Below the pieces are notes generated by a model that did no database searches, was not told the origin of the DNA, and saw only the letters and a list, made by a program, of their open reading frames with translations. Below, piece by piece: positions 40,076 to 51,213 of a DNA stretch of 64,000 bases (positions are counted from its first letter, which is position 1; the number at the start of each line of letters is the position of its first letter). The stretch spans positions 32,001 to 96,000 of IMG/VR virus record IMGVR_UViG_3300033049_000020, one strand, 5' to 3'. The DNA comes from a virus. A program made the position numbers and the translations under genes.

Positions 40076-40121
40076 ACAATTTAGTCTACCCAGTCTCCTA
40101 CTTATAGAAAAGAAGATTACA

Positions 40122-40706
40122 ATGGAAAATGAAGTATTAAATAATTTAAGGAAAAGATTGACTGAGATGAAGAATGGGGTAACAAGGTTAGAGGTATTTG
40201 ATTTTGATGGCACTTTGATTGATACGCCACTACCAGAGAATGGGAAACCAATCTGGGAGAAAGCAACTGGTAAAGAATGGCCACATAAAGGTTGGTGGAG
40301 TAGACTTGAGTCTCTTGACCAAGACATCTTCGAGATGAGAGCTTTGCCACAGGTAACTGCTGCTTACAAGCAAGCGGCATCTAGACTAGATACCATGAAA
40401 ATCATGATGACAGGAAGACGTGGTGGGCGAAAGTATGATGCGCTGATGGCGGCTGTTAAATCTATCTTAGACAAGAAGGGACTTACTTTCGATGGGTATT
40501 ACTACAACTATAAGGGTGAAACATCTGCTTATAAGATTAGTGAACTTAATAAAATATTGTCTGAAAATCCTAACATCGTTGATGTAACGTTGTATGATGA
40601 TAGAGTGGCTCACGAGCCAACATTTCAGGAATGGGGGAAATCGCTACTAGATAATGGGAGACTAGAGAATTTCACATTTAACTTGGTAACGAGTGACCAT
40701 CATTAG
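40122..40706 (+). CDS. HAD phosphatase, RNA-repair-associated type
   Basis: FDFDGTL..TP, GWW, MTGR, YDDR..H. Confidence 0.75.
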   Translation: MENEVLNNLRKRLTEMKNGVTRLEVFDFDGTLIDTPLPENGKPIWEKATGKEWPHKGWWSRLESLDQDIFEMRALPQVTAAYKQAASRLDTMKIMMTGRRGGRKYDALMAAVKSILDKKGLTFDGYYYNYKGETSAYKISELNKILSENPNIVDVTLYDDRVAHEPTFQEWGKSLLDNGRLENFTFNLVTSDHH

Positions 40707-41325
40707 AATCCTTTTTTATGAATCGATTAATATAAGTGCATAATGGTTGAAGATTTGTATGATGGTTTAACCTGATTACATCTTCTTCCGTTATTGCTGA
40801 CGATATTACCACAACGTGGTCAATATCCCAAGTCTTATTCAGTTCATATATACCGTCTTTAGGATTACCGTAGTTGTCCCAATTCATCCAATCTTCCCAT
40901 TGTGACTCAATATGTATTTTGAATTCATCGAATGAACATCCTAATATTTCATGGGTTCTAGACTTCTTACGATACCCACGTTTCTTAAATGCGCCCCTAA
41001 TGGAACATCTAGTATAATGCTTCAACTTATATAGTGGGTCGGTAGCTAGCTTCTTACGAACATAATCCCCATTAGCTTTTTTACGTTTATCTGGGTTATT
41101 TTTAGCCCATAACACTTTTCTAGCGTTTTCTTGCTCTACATTCTTCTGAGCGTATTTCTTATCACTAATCTTTTTTCCCTCTTTATTACGCAGTTTATTC
41201 TCCGCAATTATATCTGGATTTTTCATTCTCCATACTTTAGCCTTTTCCCGTAGTTTAACTTTGTTTTTCCTCCGATATTCTATATCGTATAATCTTTTAG
41301 CTTCTTTTTTCTCTTCTGGTATCAT
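40678..41325 (-). CDS. HNH-type endonuclease (likely start 41325)
   Basis: ILGCS, WMNWDNYG, WDIDHV, HTNLQPL. Confidence 0.8.
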   Translation of the reverse strand: MIPEEKKEAKRLYDIEYRRKNKVKLREKAKVWRMKNPDIIAENKLRNKEGKKISDKKYAQKNVEQENARKVLWAKNNPDKRKKANGDYVRKKLATDPLYKLKHYTRCSIRGAFKKRGYRKKSRTHEILGCSFDEFKIHIESQWEDWMNWDNYGNPKDGIYELNKTWDIDHVVVISSAITEEDVIRLNHHTNLQPLCTYINRFIKKDSNDGHSLPS

Positions 41326-41869
41326 ACTATTGTTTTTAGATAAATATAGGGCTAACAACCCAAAAGACGACAGAGACGAACATTTATTTTCGGTTGGGGG
41401 GTTGACAAAACGAAAAGTTTCGCGTAACTTTGTACTATAAATTAATACTATGACATTTAATAATAAAATTAACATACCAAACCCACCCCAGTTTCCTGTG
41501 ATGGAATTTAGCGATAAAGCACTAATATGTATATACGGCAATGTTGACCTAACAGAAGTTAGAAAGTTAAAGCCTTACCATGAGGTGCTGAAAGATATTC
41601 CATGGTTTTTAAGTAATCACGATATTACCAAAGTAAAAGAAATTAATAAGATGCCTTTTATGGAAATATTAGAACGATTAAATAGTATAGTGGAAACTAA
41701 TAACCTACCAAAGAAAATGATACCTAATTTAAAAAAGATTAGTCTTATTCCAAGAAAGAAAATTGATACGAGGACTGGAGATGTCACAGCGCAATGAGTT
41801 TGCTGAAATTTATTATCCGTAAAGACTTGTATAAGTCAATATAATTTCGTATCTTTGTAAAGAAAGAAG

Positions 41870-42379
41870 ATGAATTACATGGACACAAAAGTAAAAGAAG
41901 CAAGGATGGTCGCTGTTAAGGCGCACTCAGGACAATACTATGATGATATTTTCCCTTACGAGAAGCATCTTGATGATGTAGTAGAGGTTCTTAAATCTCA
42001 TAATATTGTATCACCTTCATTATTGAAGGCGGCTTATCTACACGATGTGATTGAGGACTGTAATGTATCCTACAACGATATTAAAGATTATTTTGGTGAA
42101 GATGTTGCAGAAATTGTGTACTGTGTAACAGATGAGCTTGGACGTAATCGTAAAGAGCGAAAAGCTAAGACTCTTCCAAAGATAGCGTCAAACGCTGATG
42201 CCGTCATCGTGAAGCTGGCTGATAGAATTGCCAATATTAATCACGGTGGTAAGGTTGGTATGTATGCTAAAGAGTACTCTGATTTTAGAGATGTATTAAA
42301 GCAACCTGACACATTAGCTGAACCACTATGGGATGAACTAGATAGAATTATGAATTATAAAATAGAGGTAAATGTCTAA
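41870..42379 (+). CDS. HD-domain (p)ppGpp hydrolase-like protein
   Basis: AHSGQ..PY..H; AYLHDVIED; VTD; VKLADRIAN. Confidence 0.82.
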   Translation: MNYMDTKVKEARMVAVKAHSGQYYDDIFPYEKHLDDVVEVLKSHNIVSPSLLKAAYLHDVIEDCNVSYNDIKDYFGEDVAEIVYCVTDELGRNRKERKAKTLPKIASNADAVIVKLADRIANINHGGKVGMYAKEYSDFRDVLKQPDTLAEPLWDELDRIMNYKIEVNV

Positions 42380-42788
42380 TAATTGGGACGAGCTTGCGGC
42401 CAAGGAAGGTTTAGAGACTGAAGCTGGATATAAAGTGGTTTTTATGAATCACAAACATTTCGATAGAAATAGTCCTATGATGTTAAATCATTTTAAGGAT
42501 GGTGAGAAATATGTTACAGTAGAAGAAGCATTAAGTGCCATAAGATTAGCAGAACAAGCACTAAAAAAGAAGTACAATATAAAATAATGCAACACAAGAA
42601 AGATTTATTAATGGGTAGAGTCCTTAAATTAAAGGAAGATACCGAGTTAAGCAACGATTTAAAGTTCAAGAAAGGACAAGAGTTTGAATTGGTTAAGAAT
42701 ATGGTGTACATGAGGGGTATACCAGTTCAACCTAATATGCAACGGTACATATATAACTGGATAATAAACAACCAAAAACTATTTGTAG

Positions 42789-43517
42789 ATGACACAAGAA
42801 CTTGGTAAGAAACAATCACCATACAAATGGTGTTTAGAACATAACGTAAGACCTTTTAATCCTGAGAAATGGGGTGAGGGTAGCAATGAATTTAGCTTTG
42901 GTCACTTCCATGAAACAATGATGAGTGAAGAAGACTTTCTAAATAGATTGAAGGATGTTAAGTATAAAAATAATTCTCGTCCACGTAAGATGAATGAGTT
43001 CCTAGCATATAGGATGTATGGAATGGTTATATACCAATTGAAGGGTATCCAACAAGGTATTCAATTCCAACACTCAACATCTAGATATGTTAAAAATTTA
43101 CCTGAAGAAACCAATCTTATCAACACCTACAACTGGTGGATGGAAAGGAATGAAACTAGTATCATATTGAATGGTGGTAGTACTAATAATAATCTTAACC
43201 GTTTAGGAACAATTAATGTATTCATGAATGAGTTGATTGATAATGGTATTCATGTAGAGCCATTCTATGAAATTGACCTTAATGATGCTTTAACTGCATT
43301 CTCCTTCGTGGTGGATGAAAGAGTGTTCCTTAAGGAAGATTACCCAGATTATAAGAACTCACCATACACTTGGGATTCGAAGCATACACCTAATGACGCT
43401 ACTTACAAGAAGTGGGAGGACGATAATGCTAAGAATCATAAGAAGTGGGTAGAGAAGATAGGTGGAGAGCAAAACGCTTTCTTACGCGAATTTTTAATTG
43501 GAAAAAGATTAGCCTAA
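42789..43517 (+). CDS. Second Pth2-like protein
   Basis: GIQQGIQFQH, IILNGG, FYEIDLNDALTA. Confidence 0.5.
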   Translation: MTQELGKKQSPYKWCLEHNVRPFNPEKWGEGSNEFSFGHFHETMMSEEDFLNRLKDVKYKNNSRPRKMNEFLAYRMYGMVIYQLKGIQQGIQFQHSTSRYVKNLPEETNLINTYNWWMERNETSIILNGGSTNNNLNRLGTINVFMNELIDNGIHVEPFYEIDLNDALTAFSFVVDERVFLKEDYPDYKNSPYTWDSKHTPNDATYKKWEDDNAKNHKKWVEKIGGEQNAFLREFLIGKRLA

Positions 43518-43785
43518 AATGTTACCAAGAAAATTACACTTAGAGCAGATTAATAGGTTTCACGACACTTATGAAAAATTGGACACTGATATTCAGAATA
43601 AAATAGATGAAGTAGCTGACGTACACGATGACGAACTATACCAACTAATGAAAATCTGGAGAGATATGATTAAGATTTGGGAAAAGATGGACGACTTCAT
43701 TGAATATGATATTAAACATGAGTTAGATTGTAATATCAAAGTTTAATTTGGTTTTCTCAATTTAATTTAGTACCTTTGTATAACA

Positions 43786-44325
43786 ATGAAGGAAAACACC
43801 ATAACGGTTAAAGGTAAAATCGTGTTCGACCCTGACAACAAAACCAAGAAGCACTCAGCTCAAGGTAGTTGGAAGAGGGTCGCAATGGTATTTTTTTCTG
43901 GTGACCTATGCGAATATTATGCTTGGTTTGTTGAAAAGCGATACGCACTACCATTAGCAAGACCATTAAGGAATGCACATATTTCTTTTATCAACGATAG
44001 AGGAAGTGATACCAATGGTAAGTGGGAAGAGGTAAAGAAGAAGTGGGATGGTAAGAAGATTGAAATAACGTTAAGTGTTGACCCAAGAACCGATGCCACA
44101 CACTGGTGGTTAATTGTCCCAGAGGGAGATAGAGTAGAGTTACAAGGTATACGAAGTGAGTTAGGGTTATCTAATCCGTATTACCCTTTTCATATGACGA
44201 TAGGGTATCCTACTGACTCATATGATAATGTTGATTTAGGGTCTAACGTGGCGAAGGCTAAACGAATGAATAAAGAGCATTCGAAGTATATTCATAGACT
44301 AATCAGGGATGGGTGGATTAGTTAA
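43786..44325 (+). CDS. 2H phosphoesterase
   Basis: AHISF and FHMTIG. Confidence 0.7.
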   Translation: MKENTITVKGKIVFDPDNKTKKHSAQGSWKRVAMVFFSGDLCEYYAWFVEKRYALPLARPLRNAHISFINDRGSDTNGKWEEVKKKWDGKKIEITLSVDPRTDATHWWLIVPEGDRVELQGIRSELGLSNPYYPFHMTIGYPTDSYDNVDLGSNVAKAKRMNKEHSKYIHRLIRDGWIS

Positions 44326-45090
44326 GTCCACCCCCATTTATAACCCAAATACGTCTTTCTCTTACCGTAACATACTCTACTCACATTGGTTTTACTAAAT
44401 CCAGCGAGACCCAATTTTATTGGTTCAATCACCATTCGGTTTCTACTGGCAAATATTAGGGGCTTGGGATGAGGAGATGATTTTATTAGGAGAACTATAA
44501 ATAGAAAATAATTGGTGATAAAATAAAGAATTATGACACAAGACAAAAAAGCAAAACTGTACGATGACCTAGTAAGAGAAGGTGATAAAATAAATGCAAA
44601 GATTAGTAAATTAAAAGCCAATACAATCTCTGGTATGACACCAGAGGATGAACAGAATTTAGCTAACCTTAAGGAACAATTAACTAATTTAGAAAAGCGA
44701 GTTCAACAATTAATGAACGGTTAAAAATAAGAAGCACTTAAATTATTAACTAAATGAGAGAGTTTAAAACAATGTTTGATGGTATTGTGGACTTAGATGA
44801 CCCTAACACCTACGACTATCTACCTAGGGATGTTAAAACGTTGCAGAATAGGATATTGTTCGAGATTGGGTATTCTCATGTGTGGCAAAAGCATTGGCAT
44901 CCAGAAGGTAAATCCTCTCAACCAGAGCGAGTAGAAATATTGGTTAAGGAGTTTGCAGATGATTATATGACTAATATTAGTAACGTATTATGGTTACAAG
45001 AATTTTTATTCCGATTTGTAGATGAAATCGAGAATATGTGTTAAAAATAAGATTAAACTAAATAGTATATTAACTAAAAGAATTAGATAA

Positions 45091-46089
45091 ATGGGTGGTA
45101 GAGCACTAAAAAATACCGTAACAAGGCGTTACAATAAGAGGGAATTCACCAGCATTTCAACTGATATTTTAAGGAAAGTCAGGCGTGAATTTGCTAAGGC
45201 TGAGGTACCTAGATATTATCACAATAAGGAAACTTTTGGTGATGCCGATATTATTGTATCAATCGAAGGTTACAAGGGTGATATTCACAAATGGATTAAA
45301 GAAGTATTTGAGCCTAATGAAACATTCTCTAATGGTAATTGTATATCATTTGACTACAAAGAGTTCCAAATTGACCTAATGTTGGTTGAGGGAGAACATT
45401 TTGATTCAATGTTCAATTATCTGAGTTTTAATGATTTAGGTAACTTTATTGGTAGATTATCTCATGGATTCGGATTGAGATATGGTCAAGAAGGATTATG
45501 GTACACCTATTTTTATAAGAATACTAAGCACAAGCTAATGGTATCCAAGGACTATCCAAAGATATATGAATTCTTGGGGTTAGATTATAGACGATGGTTG
45601 AAAGGTTTTGATACGCTTGAGGATATCTTCGAGTTTATATCAGAATCACCTTATTTCAATTGGCAAAAGTTCCAACCTGAAGAGTTGAATAGGATTAATA
45701 GAGAGCGTAACCTTAAGAGAGCTTCCTATATGACGTTCCTTGAATGGATGGATGTCAATGTAGCTGATGAAGACCATGAGTATAAGTTCGAAAAGGACAA
45801 GACTACTTACCTGTCAATAATTGACCGATTCTTCCCAGAAGCTGGTCTTTTGAATGAGATGGAAAGAGTAGACTACGAGGTCTCAAAGAAGAAGTACGCT
45901 GCTACAATATTCAATGGTAAGCTAATAATGGATACCTATGGATTGACTGGTGGTGAACTTGGAAAATCTTTGCAGGGGTTTAAGGAGCATCTAGAAATGA
46001 GAGGTACTGATGACATCCCAGATTACTATATCCAAATGGGTAGGAAGCAGATGTTAGTAGAGTACGATTACTACCTGGATGTTCAATAA
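45091..46089 (+). CDS. Pol-beta superfamily nucleotidyltransferase
   Basis: KETFGDADII, FQIDL. Confidence 0.65.
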   Translation: MGGRALKNTVTRRYNKREFTSISTDILRKVRREFAKAEVPRYYHNKETFGDADIIVSIEGYKGDIHKWIKEVFEPNETFSNGNCISFDYKEFQIDLMLVEGEHFDSMFNYLSFNDLGNFIGRLSHGFGLRYGQEGLWYTYFYKNTKHKLMVSKDYPKIYEFLGLDYRRWLKGFDTLEDIFEFISESPYFNWQKFQPEELNRINRERNLKRASYMTFLEWMDVNVADEDHEYKFEKDKTTYLSIIDRFFPEAGLLNEMERVDYEVSKKKYAATIFNGKLIMDTYGLTGGELGKSLQGFKEHLEMRGTDDIPDYYIQMGRKQMLVEYDYYLDVQ

Positions 46090-46096
46090 TACCTTC

Positions 46097-46411
46097 TCAG
46101 GTATAAAAGGGATTCTCCCGTAAAAGAAGGTCGATGAGTTCATCGGCCTTTTTTGCTTCATCACTAAACGACATTACTTGTTTGTGAGTTAAATTAAACC
46201 ATTCACCAATAGCTCTGCTAGTTCCGTAATAACGATGCAGCATACCCTCAACTTTACGATAGTTAACAGAGTCGTATTTGTTGACTAAGAATATCTCTTG
46301 AGAGTTGCCAGTTTGGAGTTGTTTAATACGTTTATTCACATCACTTTTAGTGATACCGATTTTGAATCTGCCATTATCGCAGAACTCACCTAATAGATAA
46401 ACTGTTCCCAT
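46097..46411 (-). CDS. T5orf172/GIY-YIG family protein
   Basis: KIGIT, RIKQLQTGN, GEWF. Confidence 0.8.
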   Translation of the reverse strand: MGTVYLLGEFCDNGRFKIGITKSDVNKRIKQLQTGNSQEIFLVNKYDSVNYRKVEGMLHRYYGTSRAIGEWFNLTHKQVMSFSDEAKKADELIDLLLRENPFYT

Positions 46412-48496
46412 ACTTTAAATATACACATTAAATTTGCATATGTCAATTATTTTTAGTATCTTTGTTCTATGAAAATTAAAAATGTTTGAAATTTTAAAGA
46501 AATACTTCAATATTCAGAATTCAAGTCAAAAGGCTTTGATAGTTGAAGAGAAGATTAAGTACAATGAAATCATTGACGCTATACGAACTGATGACAACAG
46601 TAATAGTAGGGAAATAACTAATCGACTTAATGGTCGTTGTCCTAATTGTGGTGAGACAACCAAAATAGTGAATAAGATACAACAAACCCATGGTAGTGGC
46701 TCAGTATCTGGTAGCTTTTCTTTAGGGTTTGGCTCAGTATATGGTAGTTCCAGTTTGGATACTGACCCTGTAAATCACTGTAATGGTTGTGGTAATCAAT
46801 GGAAGAAATACCGTTCTAATCATAAGAGTAGTAAGGATGTGTCACGAAGTATGTTAAGAAGTGTGGAAAGTATCTTGGAGGGAAATGATTATAGATTCCA
46901 ACTTAGTGATTATGAAAAACTTAAACATTTTCATGCCGAAACTATAGAGGTTGTTAATGAAGATTTAGGTGGCCATTGGCTTACGGGACAGAGGGAGTTC
47001 ACACTAAAAGAATTAAGAACGATGTTTAAATCAGTATTTGACAAACAATAATATGGGATGTGATATACACGGATACCTTGAATACTCAGGGATACCAAAG
47101 AAAGAAGACTTAGATAAAGGTAAAAAGAGATATTGGCGCTCAATGGGTGACCAGATTTCATTAAATAGAAACTATTACATGTTTGGAACATTATGTAAGG
47201 GTGTTAGGGGAGACCTAAAACATACATTTATACCTAAAGGTATCCCAGAAGATATTGGGTATTTTGCTCAGTTTGATAATAGATTACACCTAACAGATAA
47301 CCCAAATGAGGGAGGGGAAGAGTATGCCGACAGTAAGTCAGCCAAAAGGTGGGTGGAACAAGGTATAAGTGAATATCTTATGAATAGAGATGGCAAACCA
47401 TATGCGGTGACACATCCAGACTGGCACTCACACAGTTACCTATCAACTGCTGAATTTAAAGAAGCGTTTGAGATGTACAAGAAGAATCTAACTAATGAGG
47501 GAGATGATTCGGAAGGATGGGGTCTTGCTGCTACATACTACGCGGTGTTAGGGGCAATGGAAGCATATGAAACCAGAGACATGGAAGCCAGATTTGTATT
47601 TTGGTTTGATAACTAATGGAAGGCGGTCAAGAAATAATACGCAACGTTCTCAAGAGAATAAAGAAGCGTAAATCACCTTTCCACGGTAACATAAAGTGTG
47701 ATTGTGGCCATACTCAGAAAGACCATTCTGGTGGTCAAGGATGGTGTCACGATAGTAGACATCCAAATGCTGGAAAGTGTGGTTGCACTTGGTTTCACCC
47801 AAATGTAAGTTATATTAATAAACGAAAAAATAAATAATTATGCCATCAGGATTTACAGCAGGTATTATAGACGGAAAACACAAAACCTTCACAGACTTTG
47901 CAAAGGATTGTATGAGGAACTTTGGTGCCACCATACATATGAGAGATGATGCTAGGGATAAGGAATATGAAGCTAGAGTTGTTTCTCCATACTACAACGA
48001 AAGGTTTGAGGAATATGTAATAAACTTAGGTAAACTATTAACAGCAACTGACAAGCAACTAATAACTAAGGAGAAAAAAAAACTAAAAGATAGGATAGTT
48101 CGTGCTACCGAAAAAATAATAGAAATTACTGCAACCAAAGAACGGTTAAACGCTTTCTTAAAAGAGGCTAAAGCATACCAATCACCGACACCAGAACATG
48201 ACGGTATTAGAGAGTTCATGATTAATCAAATTAAAGAGACTACTAAGTTTGATGGTAGTACTGAGTATTACGATAAAGAATTAGCTACCTGTAAAGAAGA
48301 GTTAAAGAATATTAACGTTGAAGAGATAAGAAGTAAAAATAAAGTATATCTTAAGGAAGATATTGAACGTGCTCTTGAGAATGAGAAAGACGAAAAAGAT
48401 AGATGTGACAACTCAAATGAGTGGGTTAGAACATTTCTTGATAGTCTTGAAGAAGAAAAAACCGAGAGTATTTGAACTTAAATTAGATAAAAATCA

Positions 48497-48566
48497 AAAA
48501 TATTTTACAAAAGACTTGTATTATCCAAATACTTTTCGTATCTTTGTACTATATTTAATAGAAAGA
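48497..48566 (+). repeat. About 70-bp promoter block, identical copy at 58843-58912
   Basis: AAAATATTTTACAAAAGACTTGTATTATCCAAATACTTTTCGTATCTTTGTACTATATTTAATAGAAAGA at both sites. Confidence 0.9.
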
Positions 48567-48577
48567 AGAAACAAGTT

Positions 48578-48673
48578 ATGTTTACAACAATTACAATATT
48601 AGTCTTATGTTTACTGAGCAGCGTGGTGCTGTTGAGGCAAGAGAGCTATGATGTAATCTATTGTAAAGCATAA
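48578..48673 (+). CDS. Leader peptide of tRNA array 2: MFTTITILVLCLLSSVVLLRQESYDVIYCKA
   Basis: Promoter, Leu/Val/Cys-rich uORF, terminator. Confidence 0.75.
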   Translation: MFTTITILVLCLLSSVVLLRQESYDVIYCKA

Positions 48674-48698
48674 AGAACTACAATACTTAATACATTAG

Positions 48699-48729
48699 AA
48701 GCTCTTACTCTCCAGTAAGGGCTTTTTTT
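48699..48729 (+). terminator. Attenuator terminator 2
   Basis: AAGCTCTTACT-CTCC-AGTAAGGGCTT-TTTTT. Confidence 0.85.
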
Positions 48730-48755
48730 ATGTCCAGTTCTTTGAAATAAAATAT

Positions 48756-48841
48756 GTGTAGGTGCCTGAGTGGTCGAAAGGTGCGGTCTGCAAAACCGTA
48801 AGGAGAAATCCTCATCGTCAGTTCGAATCTGACCCTACACT
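48756..48841 (+). tRNA. tRNA-Cys(GCA), long variable arm
   Basis: GCGGT-CT-GCA-AA-ACCGT; U73. Confidence 0.85.
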
Positions 48842-48847
48842 CTAAAT

Positions 48848-48920
48848 GTCCCTATAGTGTAGCGGTTCAGCACGTAACTCTTACAAAGTTGCAGCCCAGA
48901 TTCGAATTCTGGTGGGGATA
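48848..48920 (+). tRNA. tRNA-Val(TAC)
   Basis: TAACT-CT-TAC-AA-AGTTG. Confidence 0.85.
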
Positions 48921-48947
48921 CAAAGAGGAATGAAGTACAAGTTCCTT

Positions 48948-49464
48948 GGCTAAGTGGTGGAATTGGTATACACGCCCTCTGAAGGGGAGAGTTCATTACG
49001 ATACCAGAACGGAGTTGCGAGAGCGTGAGAAGGAGTTAGTTAATGAGGGTTTGTTGAAAGAGGTTTTATGTATGAATTTGGCAATAGGTGGAGGCGGTGG
49101 GTTTACTAGTAAAGAGCATATGTTAAAAGCTACTAAAGCTGGTAATAAAGCGACCCTTAAGAAGAGGTGGATTGATAATAGAGAAGTGAATGTTGATAAT
49201 TTGGTTAAACTAAACAAGAGTATGTGGGCTGACCCACATATGAGAGAAAAAATGCTTAAATCTAATGGGTTTAAAGATAAGACACATAGTGAAGAAACGT
49301 TGGGGAAGATGAGAGAGGTTATGAAGGGTAAAGGTACTGGGAAGGATAACTCGCAATATGGTACTTGTTGGATAACCAGAGATGGTGAGAGTAAGAAGAT
49401 AAATAAAGAAGGAATTAACGAATACCTTGCAAAAGGTTGGGCTAAAGGAAGAAAAGGAACATAA
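48948..49464 (+). pseudogene. 5' part of a Leu-type tRNA fused to an N-terminally truncated Seg-like endonuclease
   Basis: GTGGTGGAATTGGTATACACG D-arm; ORF lacks the GIY-YIG motif but keeps CMNL..GG and NSQYGTCW. Confidence 0.7.
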
Positions 49465-49696
49465 AATGGGTAAAGTAAAATATATAAGTAAAGTAGGTGA
49501 ATGGTTTAAAGAAGGTACAGAAGCTTTCCGTGAAGAACCTACCTATGAGGGTCATGCAATATACAAAGGTGTTTATGTTGTCGGAAGTTCTGGTGGTGGG
49601 TATGACAACTTTTGGTATAATAAAGGTCATAAGGATGGTGATGAGGTAGAGATGAGGGAACATTGTTCAGATGATGAATTTGATATTAAATAATAC

Positions 49697-49768
49697 GTCT
49701 CTATGGTGTAACGGCAAGCATCTCACTATGACATGGTGAACGGATTGGTTCGATTCCAATTAGAGATA
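49697..49768 (+). tRNA. tRNA-Val(GAC)
   Basis: TCACT-AT-GAC-AT-GGTGA. Confidence 0.8.
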
Positions 49769-49779
49769 CAATAATATAA

Positions 49780-49862
49780 GCCGCAGTGGTGAAATGGTAG
49801 ACACGCCAGACTTAGAATCTGGTGCCCTTACGGGCGTGTGAGTTCGAGTCTCACCTGCGGTA
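49780..49862 (+). tRNA. tRNA-Leu(TAG)
   Basis: CCAGA-CT-TAG-AA-TCTGG. Confidence 0.9.
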
Positions 49863-49873
49863 CAGTATCACAT

Positions 49874-49956
49874 GGGGATGTGGTGGAATGGTAGACACAC
49901 TAGCTTGAGGGGTTAGTGCCGTGAAAGGCGTGTGGGTTCGACTCCCACCATCCTCA
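49874..49956 (+). tRNA. tRNA-Leu(GAG)
   Basis: CTAGC-TT-GAG-GG-GTTAG. Confidence 0.88.
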
Positions 49957-49964
49957 CAACATAT

Positions 49965-50042
49965 GCGCTAGTAGTCCAATTGGTTAGAGGCATCAGGCTT
50001 AAACCCTGTCCAGTGTGGGTTCGAGTCCCACTTAGCGTACCA
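49965..50042 (+). tRNA. tRNA-Leu(TAA), short variable loop
   Basis: CAGG-CT-TAA-AC-CCTG; encoded CCA. Confidence 0.85.
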
Positions 50043-50045
50043 AAT

Positions 50046-50129
50046 GCCGTAGTGGTGGAATAGGTAGACACGAGGGTTTCAAAAGCCCTTTCCAGTAATG
50101 GAGTGTGGGTTCGAGTCCCACTTACGGTA
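50046..50129 (+). tRNA. tRNA-Leu(CAA)
   Basis: AGGGT-TT-CAA-AA-GCCCT. Confidence 0.88.
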
Positions 50130-50458
50130 CAAAATGAATGGAAAGCTAAAAACGGATATTAAGATGGAAATGAAACATAGTATTAAAGAAATAGTGAAAG
50201 ACAATACAGCTATACTGGAGTATAGTCAAAGTGGTAAATTATATTACTCTGTGGAAGTTGCAGATAGTACATATAGTGTGACAGCTACTAAATATACCTT
50301 CCCAGTAGACGTTACTAATAGTGATGACGTTGGAGATAGCAGATTTGAGTTAACGCATAAAGCGATTACTCTAATGAGGTATATTCGAAAGGCTATTAAG
50401 TCTGAAGAGATTCGTTGGGAAGAGTGTGCTATAAACTTTTCACAGTTGTAATTAGTAT

Positions 50459-50530
50459 TTCCCTATGGCGTAACGGCAAGCGTATCGTTTTTACATGACG
50501 AAGGGGATGGTTCGATTCCATCTAGGGAAA
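50459..50530 (+). tRNA. tRNA-Val(TAC)
   Basis: TCGTT-TT-TAC-AT-GACGA. Confidence 0.82.
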
Positions 50531-50568
50531 CTGGTGACTTTTTGGTACCTAGCACTATATTTAACTAT

Positions 50569-51213
50569 ATGAGGAAACCAAAAACGATACATTACATTTA
50601 CAAAACCACTTGTGATGTAACTGGTCGATACTATGTAGGGATGCATAGTACCAGTAACCTAGAAGATGGTTATATGGGTTCAGGTAAGAGGTTAAGACGT
50701 TCCATACGTAAGTACGGAGAAGATAATCATACCAAAGAGGTTGTGGCGTTCTACGATAGTAGGGAACTACTGGTTGAAGCTGAGAAGGAAGCCATCACAC
50801 CATATATGATTGGGGATAGGGATTGTATGAATCTGATGGGAGGTGGAACTGGCGGTTGGTGTAGTGAGGAGCACATGGTTAAATGTACTATAGCTGCTGG
50901 AAAAGCTAATAAAGTAAGGTTTGAAGTGGATATTGAGTATAAGAATTGGTGTTTAGATATTATGGCTAAAGGTAGGGCTAAATTAATTGATACGGGAGCG
51001 TATAAAAAGAAAGGTAAGGGGTTAGGTAGAGTTCATTCAGATGAAACTAAACAGAAAATGTCCAAATCGTCTAAAGGGAATGGTGTTGGAAAGTCTAACT
51101 CTCAATATGGTACTTGTTGGATAACCAGAGATGGTGAGAACAAAAAAATAAAGAAAGAAACTCTTAATGAATACTTAGAGATAGGTTGGGTTAGGGGAAG
51201 AGGAATAAAATGA
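50569..51213 (+). CDS. Seg-like GIY-YIG/NUMOD3 homing endonuclease
   Basis: YIYKTT..YYVGMH..YMGSG. Confidence 0.85.
   Translation: MRKPKTIHYIYKTTCDVTGRYYVGMHSTSNLEDGYMGSGKRLRRSIRKYGEDNHTKEVVAFYDSRELLVEAEKEAITPYMIGDRDCMNLMGGGTGGWCSEEHMVKCTIAAGKANKVRFEVDIEYKNWCLDIMAKGRAKLIDTGAYKKKGKGLGRVHSDETKQKMSKSSKGNGVGKSNSQYGTCWITRDGENKKIKKETLNEYLEIGWVRGRGIK

Noticed and set aside
44322-44621. Minus-strand 99 aa ORF
   Set aside because: Only the last about 30 codons look real (NUMOD1-like GYKW remnant of a deleted endonuclease); the rest overlaps a + strand gene.
48946-48992. N-terminus MAKWWNWYTRP of ORF 48946 and similar ORF starts at 28010, 50098, 59159 and 60851
   Set aside because: These are translations of tRNA sequence, not real coding regions.
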